A DNA stretch of 64,000 nucleotides from assembly GCA_963793425.1 (NCBI GenBank), contig CAWCAG010000006.1:1-64000 (forward strand). Direction: 5' to 3'. Below the pieces are notes generated by a model. It did no database searches. It was not told the origin of the DNA and worked only from the letters and a program-made list of their open reading frames with translations. Shown piece after piece: positions 30,001 through 38,342 of this stretch. The first letter of the stretch is position 1. Each line of letters starts with the position of its first letter. Both the position numbers and the translations under genes were made by a program. Source of the stretch: an uncultured cyanobacterium (GTDB lineage Bacteria; Cyanobacteriota; Cyanobacteriia; Cyanobacteriales; CAWCAG01).

Positions 30001-30902
30001 CTAGCCTTGGTTTAGGTGGAACTCTGGACGTTGATGCTGCTGATTCTACCGTTATCAGTGGTACAAACGGTCAATTTAACAGTCGTCTTATCTTTGAAAG
30101 TAATGGCGCTGGTGATGCTAGGGGTATTACCCTGAATACAGGAGACTTAACTGTAGAAAATGGGGGACAAATTACCGTCGGTGGTACTGGTGCAGGGGAG
30201 TCTGGTAATTTAGATATTACTGCTAATCGTATCTTTCTCGCCAACCAGGGCCAACTACAAGCAACCACCCAAGCAGTCCGAGGGGGAAATATTGGCCTCC
30301 AAGTACGAGATTATATTCTGATGCGTTTTGGAAGTGAGATTTCTGCTGAAGCTTTTGGAGTTAGTGATGGAGGCAACATCTTTCTGCTAGATACACCTTT
30401 TGTGATTGCCATCCTCTCAGAAAATAGTGATGTGGTTGCAGGTGCAGAATTAGGACAAGGTGGTGCTATTTTTGCCCCTAATACGAAAGCCTCATTTTTC
30501 CGAGAGTTTAATGGGTTCAGGACTCCGGAAAGTGATTTTACTGCTGATTCTCAAATTCCCGGTTTGGAAGGCGTTGTTGATGCTCAAAGGTTAGACCAAA
30601 CTACAGAACCTTTTCCAGAAGATTTTCAGGAACAAGAAGTGACACAAGCCTGTCAAGCAGGCCAAAACTCTGAGAATAGGGGACGTTCTACCTTTATCAA
30701 CAGGGGAAGGGGAGGTTTACCACCACAACCGAATGCACCTTTAGGAGGCAGCAGCATTGAGATAGAGTTAAATAATTTTCCGCAACGGGAAGAGCAAAGT
30801 GAGGTTGAAGATGAGGATGCTACAAATAAGATTAAAAATCCTGTTGTGGTTACAGAAAACAATGAGTTTGGTTGTGGTTTAGAATTTCATTCCTACCCAT
30901 AA
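27042..30902 (+). CDS. Filamentous haemagglutinin-like TpsA exoprotein
   Basis: Signal peptide ending AQITPD, NLFHSFSQFN, LINPNG TPS domain, G-rich beta-helix repeats, C-terminal STFINRGRGGLP. Confidence 0.92.
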   Translation: MSKLTTLFLLATTILSASPLQAQITPDTTLGQENSQLINNAEIKGLPGELITGGAIRGSNLFHSFSQFNVGELQRVYFENPAAITNILTRVTGNNPSEILGTLGVDGTANLFLINPNGVFFGENAHLDIAGSLFVSTADSLLLENGAEFSATNPDVPPLLTVNLRPGLQYGNNIPRAKITNRGKLIAGGDLTLVGQDLDLTGEVQGGGDVNLVATNEVKIRDSNTAPFIAAAGEELLVQGDEKVDIFALNHSDSGLFAGGDLTLRSDNAVGGDAHYWSGGNFRVEKLDGSLGDLFSPDDPIVRASGDVSLGAYVGASLHILAGGSVNITGDVDIIGTDAVNSLQESITLSDQTTVVNVDGGAERTLDIRAGTTAFNPQGTQGIVPNIFITPGAGTSADITVGGEVTSRNGLVLLTNQYQPNGLAGDIVISEEINTAGITGDGGQVVVDSRGDIQFIGSGSINPTTNNNLNVLGLEISGDITLLADSAITLESGSNVVTSFTLNAAKSGDITVKANSLLLNEGARLGSVTGGDGQGGDVNITTSDFVEVLGNPLGLSFLVAYNTNLPGNTNASGSAGNLTIKTGRLSVIDGGEVYTRAEAVGRGGDMTIIAKDLVEVTGAQGLGNESALFAGSRDIGGDSGDIFIQTKRLVAERGAQISGNTEFGTSGAAGNLTIIADESVELDNPTAYPGGLPTGIYTFTSNDKDGGELIIETKRFTVRGGTSVSTGTDTSGNAGDLIIKASEFMEVSGVSPINGGASRVRAITSNVGDGGDIRITTGSLTVKDGGRVSAESTASSTGKAGTLTVEEADLVEVIGTTPDGQNPSELFLDSEGTGNAGSFNINTRKLLVQGGGQVSANTSGRGQAGILNVDASESVEVIGTSSDGQFRSQLIFDSSGSGNAGILDIATRRLLVQAGGLVSAKTSGSGQAGILNVDAAESVQIAGISGNGQNRSELLFDSSGTGDAGELTVNTSQLFIQDGGQVSATTSSLGLGGTLDVDAADSTVISGTNGQFNSRLIFESNGAGDARGITLNTGDLTVENGGQITVGGTGAGESGNLDITANRIFLANQGQLQATTQAVRGGNIGLQVRDYILMRFGSEISAEAFGVSDGGNIFLLDTPFVIAILSENSDVVAGAELGQGGAIFAPNTKASFFREFNGFRTPESDFTADSQIPGLEGVVDAQRLDQTTEPFPEDFQEQEVTQACQAGQNSENRGRSTFINRGRGGLPPQPNAPLGGSSIEIELNNFPQREEQSEVEDEDATNKIKNPVVVTENNEFGCGLEFHSYP

Positions 30903-31067
30903 CTATCAACCTTTTGTAGGGGCGACCCGTTGACTCTCCCTCAGCAACCAACAAGTACATCGAATTAGGTCGCCCGCCCTACCAATAATCCCTGAAAAGG
31001 CGACCCATTTTTGCAAGTTTGTGACAAACAAAAATAATGCAAACGGGTCGTCCCTACCATGAAATTA

Positions 31068-32021
31068 TTAATTTTTACCACGACTTAGAAGTTTTTTCTT
31101 ACTGAACAAAGCCAAGCTAACGGCTACTAAACCGAGTAAGCCAGAAGGTTCAGGGGCTGTTTCTTTGTCTTCTTCAGGGACTTCTTCACAGTAACCCTTG
31201 TCACAAATACCAGATTTATTAAATCTGAAAGCAATAGTATGCTCACCTTCACCAAAATCATAACCTGATGCTTGCAGTTCTTGATTGTTGAGGTAAGTTA
31301 ACCCAGTTACAAAATTACCAGAGGCAATGGTATTTAAGCTTTGGTTTTGGTCAAAATAAAGGGTGTCAGCAGGCAAATCTCCTAAGCTGGGGCCGCAACC
31401 AGGGCCTTGACAACCGTATTGCCTAACTCGCTCATTATAGGCGACAATACCAGCAAAGCCGTCATTAATATCTGTGGTGCTTGTGGCTGTGACATTGCTA
31501 TACAAGCCAACTTGGTCTACAAAAGAATCATTACTAGGAGCAAACTTAACCCCAAATAGATTGCCTTCATTGCTAGCAGTGGTAAAGTCTTTGTCAGTGA
31601 AGTTGAAAAATAAATCTCCCCAACCAATATTACCATCCTCTGCTCCATCACTATCTGTTCCGCTTAAAGGTAAGTTCGCATTAATGGCAACCCAAATATC
31701 ATCTTCTGTTTCCCGCAATGCCAGGGTGTAAATTTCGTAGACATTACCACCAACATCAAAATTATCAACACCGTCGTTAGGAGAATCGATAGCATACTGC
31801 CAAGGATAGTCAAAAAAGTCATCTTCCCCATCACCTACAATGATACCAACACCATCGTTAATACATTCGGTAAAGACATTAGCTACATTCCCTTGGCTTA
31901 GAGCTTTCAGCGTGGCTGCTTCTGCTGGTACATCTGCTATAAGAGTGATACCAGAAATAGTGGTTAATCCCAGTAAACAGGGAATTAGTTTTTGGGCAGT
32001 AGGTAGGCTAGGACAGTTCAT
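31068..32021 (-). CDS. PEP-CTERM surface protein (start likely ATG 32021)
   Basis: Signal peptide ending AEA; C-terminal APEPSGLLGLVAVSLALFSKKK; RBS AGGAGA before 32021. Confidence 0.85.
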   Translation of the reverse strand: MNCPSLPTAQKLIPCLLGLTTISGITLIADVPAEAATLKALSQGNVANVFTECINDGVGIIVGDGEDDFFDYPWQYAIDSPNDGVDNFDVGGNVYEIYTLALRETEDDIWVAINANLPLSGTDSDGAEDGNIGWGDLFFNFTDKDFTTASNEGNLFGVKFAPSNDSFVDQVGLYSNVTATSTTDINDGFAGIVAYNERVRQYGCQGPGCGPSLGDLPADTLYFDQNQSLNTIASGNFVTGLTYLNNQELQASGYDFGEGEHTIAFRFNKSGICDKGYCEEVPEEDKETAPEPSGLLGLVAVSLALFSKKKLLSRGKN

Positions 32022-32094
32022 GAATGTTTCTCCTGGTAATTCAAGCTGAGGTATGCAGTATTTGATTAATAAAAACCTCATCATAGTTACTTAC

Positions 32095-32123
32095 TTCTCA
32101 AAGATCAGGATCGCTTTTTATGC
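32095..32123 (-). promoter_or_regulatory. Putative promoter GCATAAAA-N16-GAGAA (PEP-CTERM gene)
   Basis: Exact motif; shares upstream AAAATCGGC with the 19365 site. Confidence 0.7.
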
Positions 32124-32193
32124 AAAGAAGCCGATTTTTTAATATTTGTTTACATTGATGATATATTGCTAGAAAAGTAACTACAGAAGGAAA

Positions 32194-33921
32194 TTAAAAA
32201 GGACTATAAATAACCGAAAAATGCCACCCTTGTTCCTGCCAAGTATTTTCTGAACTATCAACACTAATCAGAGGAATACCCCAGGCTAAACTGAAAGCTA
32301 AATTATCCCCCTGTTGCCAGCGCAAACCCAAGCCTACCGAAGCTAAACTATGATTATTCAATTCCCGACGTTGCCCTTGATTCTTCGAGTTATTCCAAAC
32401 TGTAGCAAAGTCAGCAAAGGGAGTTAACTGCAAAACGCTATCCCAGTCAGATACCCGTAAAACCGGCCAACGTAGTTCCCCAGAAAGGGTAGCAGCATTA
32501 TCAGCGAGTAATAAATCCTGACGATAACCTCTCACGGTGTTTTGTCCACCTATTCCGAACTGTTCTAAGCTTAATAAAGCTTGGTCAGCAATTTGCAAAT
32601 TTCCTTTGACTATTAACAAGGTGTCTGGTGCAAGCAACCGTAGCCATTGCCCTTGTAAACGCCAGGAGAAAAACAAGCTATCAGGTTCACCTTCGTTGAT
32701 TGTGGTATCAAAAGTCCCTACTCCCAGATTAAACTGCGATCGCAACGCCACAACTTCCCTTTCTCCTCGGTTTACCCATTCCTGGAAAAAACGTAAAGCG
32801 GAGACACGGACACGCCCTTGGTCGTCAGCGCCTACAGAAAGAGGTGTAGGAATGCCTAAAAGAGAACTTTCACTTTCTTGCCGTGAAGCAGTTAAACCGA
32901 GGCTGATTTCTTCTGTTGGACTACGTTTAACGGGTTGTTGCAGAGTGATTTCGTAGTAGCGAGAGTCTGATTCAATATCGAGGATGGCAAAAGGGTCTTC
33001 AATTACATTACTGGAGGTTATACCATAGGCAATGCTGATGCTGCCATTGCGGGGATTTATGGGTAATTCATAGCTAAAATCTAAGCTATCGCTACCTTCG
33101 CTGTGGTAGTAACCCAGGCGCAGAGAGTCCCCGAAACCTAGTAAGTTTCCTTCGTTGAAACTTAAGCCTAAACGATTAGTTCCCACGCTAGGGGAACGTT
33201 GATTGTTGTAACTAAACTCAGTGTGAAAACTATCAGCTTCGGTTATTTGAATATCGAGAATACTTTGCCCAGGGCGAGGACTCTCAGATAAACCAGCAAT
33301 AACATTGTCTATTAAAGGGTCACTACGCAATAGCTGCAAAGCTTCTAAGAGTTTTTCTTGGTTAAGGGGAGTTGTGGTAGCACTTTCTAAACGACTGCGG
33401 ATGTAGTTAGCATTGAGTCTTTTTGTGCCAATGACTCTAATTTCTTCTACTTCTCCCTCAACTACTTGAATGATTAAGATTCCTGCCCCGATATCAATTT
33501 GAGAAACATAAGCCCCCGAAGTCAGATATCCTTGCTGGAGGTAATAGTTTTCAATAGTCAAAGGTACTTGCTGAAGTTCAGGTAGGGATAGAGATTTGTT
33601 GAGGAATGGGGCGGTAATTTCCTGTAATTGGGCTTGAGTGAATACTGTACTACCTTGCACTTGGATTTGCTTGACTTCAAAGGTTTCTAGTGTTGGGAGA
33701 GGTTGAGTTTCAGGTAGAGAAGGAGTGGGTAGTGTAGGGAATATATCTTCTAGGGGAGGTAGCTTTTGTGGAGATTCTAAGGGTTGAGGACGGGTAGAAG
33801 GAGGTTCTATTTCTGGTGGTGGCGGGTTTTGGGCTAAGCAAAAGGGGGTAGCGAAGTAGCTAGTTAATAGCAAAGTAAATAAACGGAAAAGAAAATACTT
33901 AGCTGCAAAGCAAGTTTTCAT
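32194..33921 (-). CDS. ShlB/FhaC/HecB TpsB transporter
   Basis: POTRA (YLQQGYLTS, VVEGEVEEI), TVRGYRQ motif, C-terminal F. Confidence 0.92.
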   Translation of the reverse strand: MKTCFAAKYFLFRLFTLLLTSYFATPFCLAQNPPPPEIEPPSTRPQPLESPQKLPPLEDIFPTLPTPSLPETQPLPTLETFEVKQIQVQGSTVFTQAQLQEITAPFLNKSLSLPELQQVPLTIENYYLQQGYLTSGAYVSQIDIGAGILIIQVVEGEVEEIRVIGTKRLNANYIRSRLESATTTPLNQEKLLEALQLLRSDPLIDNVIAGLSESPRPGQSILDIQITEADSFHTEFSYNNQRSPSVGTNRLGLSFNEGNLLGFGDSLRLGYYHSEGSDSLDFSYELPINPRNGSISIAYGITSSNVIEDPFAILDIESDSRYYEITLQQPVKRSPTEEISLGLTASRQESESSLLGIPTPLSVGADDQGRVRVSALRFFQEWVNRGEREVVALRSQFNLGVGTFDTTINEGEPDSLFFSWRLQGQWLRLLAPDTLLIVKGNLQIADQALLSLEQFGIGGQNTVRGYRQDLLLADNAATLSGELRWPVLRVSDWDSVLQLTPFADFATVWNNSKNQGQRRELNNHSLASVGLGLRWQQGDNLAFSLAWGIPLISVDSSENTWQEQGWHFSVIYSPF

Positions 33922-34013
33922 ATTTATCTGGTATATACACCAGGAGTATTGTACAGATTTTTACTTGCAAAATTCGCTTTTTTATCAACTTTTGTAAATA
34001 ATCTCGCTCTTTG

Positions 34014-34042
34014 GCATAAAATTGCCCGCTATAACCAGAGAA
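34014..34042 (+). promoter_or_regulatory. Putative promoter GCATAAAA-N16-GAGAA (CHAT gene)
   Basis: Exact motif, 29 nt before ATG 34072. Confidence 0.7.
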
Positions 34043-34071
34043 GAGAATGAGTACTAATTAAATAGATCATT

Positions 34072-36732
34072 ATGGTCAAACAACATCTACTTTTTCCTAT
34101 TTCCTTTTCTTTTATCAGTACTAGGATTTCTTCCTTGATCTATTTGTTATTGCCTTTTGCTTTGACAGTTTCTTCTACTTCCGTAGCGGCTTTTCCTAGG
34201 CAGTTTTTGGTAGCAGAAGCATTGTCAACAGATAGTTTACAGCCGCTAGAATCTAGTGAACCGAAGAATTGGGAAAATCAGGGTAAAGTGCAGTTTAGCA
34301 AAGGTAGGACTGAGGAAGCTTTGCGAAGTTGGCAACTGGCGGTTGAACAATATGCCCAAGCAGGGGATGATTTGGGGTTACATCGCAATCTAGTTTATCA
34401 GGCGATCGCACTTCAAGATTTGGGGTTACACACTGAAGCCGTCAAAACTCTTATTCCTGCTTTGGTTTATTGGCAGCAGCAAGAAGATTCGGAGATGAAG
34501 GCTACCAGTTTGCGGGTGATGGCTGATCTTTTGTTGGTGACAGGAGAGGTAAAGAATCCTCAATTACAGGAATTTTTAGCTCAGTTTCGACCTCAACAAA
34601 GTGATGAGAAAGAGGAAAATTGGAGTCATTTTAAACAAGCAGAAGCTTTGCTGCAAGAAAGTTTGAAAATATCTTCAGAGGGTTCGTTTAGTTATAATCA
34701 ATCCCTCCTCAGTTTAGGTAATACAGCCAGGGCAGCTTACTCTCACTGGCAAGACAATTATCAGCGTGTTCCTACACCTAAAGATTTAGAGAAAGCTAAT
34801 GCAAAGTTTAATAAGGCAGTAGATTACTATCAACAAGCTACAAATTCCTCCAATCTAACCCTTAATTATAAAGCAACATTAAATCACTTTAATTTACTAA
34901 TTGATGCTCAAAAATGGTTACAAGAAATAGAAAAAGAAGATAACTTGAATCGACGTACTCGAAAAGTAAAACAACAATTTAGCCAAGAAGTTGAGCCACA
35001 ATTGCAGCAAATGAGTACAGATTTGCCTAAGATTATTGCTGGAATTGAGAGATTAGAAACCGGACGAGATAGCCTTTATGTACAACTGAATTTAGCTAAT
35101 AGTTTAATGGAGTTACCAGATGGGAAAGAATATATTTCTAATGCTCTAAACTTGTTAACCAAAGCTGTTGAAATTGCCCGTAATTTAGGAGATTCTCGTT
35201 CTGAAGCTTTTGCTTTGCAATATTTAGGTAAATTGTATGCTAGTAATGGTCAGTTAGCAGAAGCGCAGCAATTAACGCAACAGGCATTTCAGTTAGTAGA
35301 AAACAAGCAAGCTGAACAAGAGATTTATGGGGCGGATCTTAGTTATCAAACTCAGTGGCAACTAGGAAAAGTCTTACTTGAACAAGTGGAACAAGAGAGT
35401 GCGATCGCCGCTTATGAGAATGCTATTGAAAGTTTAGATAAAGTAAGAAAAGATTTGTTATATCTCAACAATACTGACCTCAGATTTAGTTTTCGCGATG
35501 ATGTTGAACCAGTTTATCGAGAGTTGGCTGATTTATTGTTGCAAGCAGCTAAACAAGAAGAAGATAACCCAGATTCAACCGCAAGACAGACCTATCTAAA
35601 AAAAGCTGTCGCTGTCATGGAACAGTTGCAACTAGCGGAATTAGAAGACTATTTGCGTTGTCAGTTGCAAAATGGCGATCACGTTTCTATTCAAGAAGTT
35701 GTTGACAAAGATAACTTGCCCGTAGCAGTTATTTATCCGATTATCTTTGCTGATCGTTTAGAAATTATCGTTAAGCTACCTCAAGAGTCAGAGTTAAAAA
35801 CTTATACTACCAACATTACTGCTGGAGAACTAGAGAATTTAGTTGAGAAAGTACAAACAAATATCAAACAAAAAAGGGCTGCTAATAATGCCTCATCTTT
35901 TCAGGATTTATATAGACTTATTCTCAAAGATATCGACTTAGAATTACAAAATCATTCAGTAGAAACATTAGCTTTTGTTTTAAATGGCTCCCTGCGAAGT
36001 ATTCCTCTATCTACTCTCCATGATGGAGAAAAATATTTAATTGAAAAATATAGCTTAGCTTCCAGCTTAGGCTTACAAATACCAGAAGATACACAAACTA
36101 TTAATCAGGATACCTTACTATTAGCCGCAGGAGTTAGTAAAGAAAATCTTGATGCTCCTGCTTTACCTTACGTTAGAGATGAATTAATAGAAATCGCTAA
36201 ATTTATGTCAAATAGTAAAATTCTTGAAAACGAGGATTTTACGACAGCTACTTTGCAACAACAAATAGAAACTAAACCTTTCTCCATAGTTCATATTGCT
36301 ACCCACGGTATTTTCAGTTCTCGCCCTGAAGAAACTTACCTGATGGCTTCTGGAGAAAAAATTAATTTAACTCAATTTGATAATCTAATTAGAAACCAGA
36401 CAGAAATTAACACCACCGCCGTAGAATTGTTAGTATTAAGTGCGTGCGAAACTGCTAATGGTGACAAACGGGCTGCGTTAGGTATGGCCGGTGTAGCAGT
36501 GCAAGCTGGGGCCCGTAGTGCTGTTGCTTCTTTGTATCTAGTTAACGACCAATCCACTTCTATACTAATGGGAAAATTTTACCAAGAGTTAGGGCCGCAA
36601 ACCCCATCAGATGAACGGTTGACTAAAGCTGAAGCCTTGCGTAGCGCCCAGTTAAGCTTATTAGACAAAGGAGGTGACTATAGTAAACCTTACTACTGGA
36701 GTCCTTTTATTTTAGTGGGAAACTGGCGTTGA
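34072..36732 (+). CDS. Exported TPR + CHAT domain protease
   Basis: HIATHG, LSACETA, PYYWSPFILVGNW; TPR-like helices; N-terminal hydrophobic segment. Confidence 0.9.
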   Translation: MVKQHLLFPISFSFISTRISSLIYLLLPFALTVSSTSVAAFPRQFLVAEALSTDSLQPLESSEPKNWENQGKVQFSKGRTEEALRSWQLAVEQYAQAGDDLGLHRNLVYQAIALQDLGLHTEAVKTLIPALVYWQQQEDSEMKATSLRVMADLLLVTGEVKNPQLQEFLAQFRPQQSDEKEENWSHFKQAEALLQESLKISSEGSFSYNQSLLSLGNTARAAYSHWQDNYQRVPTPKDLEKANAKFNKAVDYYQQATNSSNLTLNYKATLNHFNLLIDAQKWLQEIEKEDNLNRRTRKVKQQFSQEVEPQLQQMSTDLPKIIAGIERLETGRDSLYVQLNLANSLMELPDGKEYISNALNLLTKAVEIARNLGDSRSEAFALQYLGKLYASNGQLAEAQQLTQQAFQLVENKQAEQEIYGADLSYQTQWQLGKVLLEQVEQESAIAAYENAIESLDKVRKDLLYLNNTDLRFSFRDDVEPVYRELADLLLQAAKQEEDNPDSTARQTYLKKAVAVMEQLQLAELEDYLRCQLQNGDHVSIQEVVDKDNLPVAVIYPIIFADRLEIIVKLPQESELKTYTTNITAGELENLVEKVQTNIKQKRAANNASSFQDLYRLILKDIDLELQNHSVETLAFVLNGSLRSIPLSTLHDGEKYLIEKYSLASSLGLQIPEDTQTINQDTLLLAAGVSKENLDAPALPYVRDELIEIAKFMSNSKILENEDFTTATLQQQIETKPFSIVHIATHGIFSSRPEETYLMASGEKINLTQFDNLIRNQTEINTTAVELLVLSACETANGDKRAALGMAGVAVQAGARSAVASLYLVNDQSTSILMGKFYQELGPQTPSDERLTKAEALRSAQLSLLDKGGDYSKPYYWSPFILVGNWR

Positions 36733-36838
36733 TAGTTGACCCCCATTGCTGAAAAGGTATAATCCCCACCAACTACTGGGTTATAATAAGCTAGCTTTAC
36801 CAAAACTGCCCTTAAGCAATAGTTGTAGACAAGAGTTT

Positions 36839-37537
36839 ATGGTTCAAACTCCTTCTTCCCCGGTAACTTTATATCCTGATTCTGACGGTAAACCCATGGC
36901 TGATAATACAGAACAGTATCAATGGATTGTCCGTCTAGTTACCAATCTCAAGTATTTACTAAAAGATGAACTTGCTTTCGTAGCAGGAGATTTGCTGTGG
37001 TATCCTGTGGAAGTGAAAGAACCACCTGCACCGTGTCAAGCACCAGATGCGATGGTAGTTTTAGGTCGTCCCCAGGGATATCGAGGCAGCTATAAACAAT
37101 GGCAGGAAGAACAGATTGCCCCACAAGTTGTCTTTGAAATTCTCTCCCCCAGCAACACTCGTCGAGAGATGGCAGAAAAACAGAAGTTTTATGAAAATCA
37201 TGGGGTTCTAGAAGCCTATTACTACGACATTCAACGCCAGGATTTCTGGGGCTTTGTACGTCAACAGAGCAATGAGGTTTATACTTTAGTTACTGCGTTG
37301 TATTTGCCTTGGACATCTCCCCTGTTGCAGATTCGCTTTGAACTATTTGAGGATGGGTTGTCGGTCTTTTATCCCAATGGTGAGCCATTTACTGAACCCG
37401 AAGTAAGTTTGCTGGAGCGAGATCAAGCGCGAGTAGAGCGAGATCAGGCTCGTTTACAAGAAGAGCAAACCAAAGCTAAACTGAACCAAGCCCTAGAGAA
37501 GCTTCGAGAGTTAGGCATTGACCCTGATACTCTCTAG
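36839..37537 (+). CDS. Uma2 family endonuclease
   Basis: YPDSDGKPMADNT, APDAMV, VFEILSPSN. Confidence 0.9.
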   Translation: MVQTPSSPVTLYPDSDGKPMADNTEQYQWIVRLVTNLKYLLKDELAFVAGDLLWYPVEVKEPPAPCQAPDAMVVLGRPQGYRGSYKQWQEEQIAPQVVFEILSPSNTRREMAEKQKFYENHGVLEAYYYDIQRQDFWGFVRQQSNEVYTLVTALYLPWTSPLLQIRFELFEDGLSVFYPNGEPFTEPEVSLLERDQARVERDQARLQEEQTKAKLNQALEKLRELGIDPDTL

Positions 37538-37583
37538 GACTGAATAAGAATGGTGCAAATACAACCTAGTCTGTTTGTAACTC

Positions 37584-38342
37584 CTATTCCTCTATTGGTT
37601 GGCAGCAGTTTACAATCGGTTCATTAACAAAGTCTTCTAATCCCATTTCTTCAAGGAAGGTTCGCCATTGCTGTTGCTTCTGAGGACTTTCTGCAAGGTT
37701 GGCTATGTCCGTGAGGCGATCATAAACAAACTCAGCTTCGGGAATTTGACTATCATCGCTTCTTTGTATCCAAGCACTGGTTTCATCCGTTTTAGATGTT
37801 GCGCTAGAGTCACAATTAGCTTCAACAAATAAGTACCATCGATACCATTCTCCTTTGACAAGAGGCTTTTCAGTACTAGGTAGACCAAAGCTAATAATAC
37901 CTGTAGTATTTGGCTTACTTAGGTTTATGTCTTCGACGATGATGTTATCTTGTTCATCTCGCAACGAAAAAGTTATCTTCTTGATTAAGTCTGCTTCATA
38001 AGGAATATAAGCCCGAAAAGTAGGATGTTCCTTGCGAGTGAAACCCCAACGCCATTCAGTTGTTTTAGAGTGTGGTTCTATTAATACTAAAGATTTAAAA
38101 GGTGGTTTTGGTTTGAGAATATCACAAGGAGTACGAGTACCTGTACTGATGGGATGTCCTTTTGATGTTCCTTGTCCTGTATCCTCTGTAAGAAAAAGAG
38201 GTTCCCACCAGTTTAATTCATAGGGAAGTTTAGTTAATCGAGATTTAATTACTCTGGCTTCTACAATATTTGTGTTGATTAGTAGAAAGATAACTACTAA
38301 AGGAAAGCTTGAAAACTTAGTAAACAAATTGTTGAACATCAT
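37584..38342 (-). CDS. DUF928 domain protein
   Basis: GTRTPC, HPTFRAYIPY, YRWYLFVEANC, WIQR; signal peptide. Confidence 0.85.
   Translation of the reverse strand: MMFNNLFTKFSSFPLVVIFLLINTNIVEARVIKSRLTKLPYELNWWEPLFLTEDTGQGTSKGHPISTGTRTPCDILKPKPPFKSLVLIEPHSKTTEWRWGFTRKEHPTFRAYIPYEADLIKKITFSLRDEQDNIIVEDINLSKPNTTGIISFGLPSTEKPLVKGEWYRWYLFVEANCDSSATSKTDETSAWIQRSDDSQIPEAEFVYDRLTDIANLAESPQKQQQWRTFLEEMGLEDFVNEPIVNCCQPIEE

Noticed and set aside
33922..34010. Sigma motif upstream of tpsB (also sought before tpsA)
   Set aside because: No GCATAAAA-N16-GAGAA match in the right orientation, so these genes were not included in the regulon
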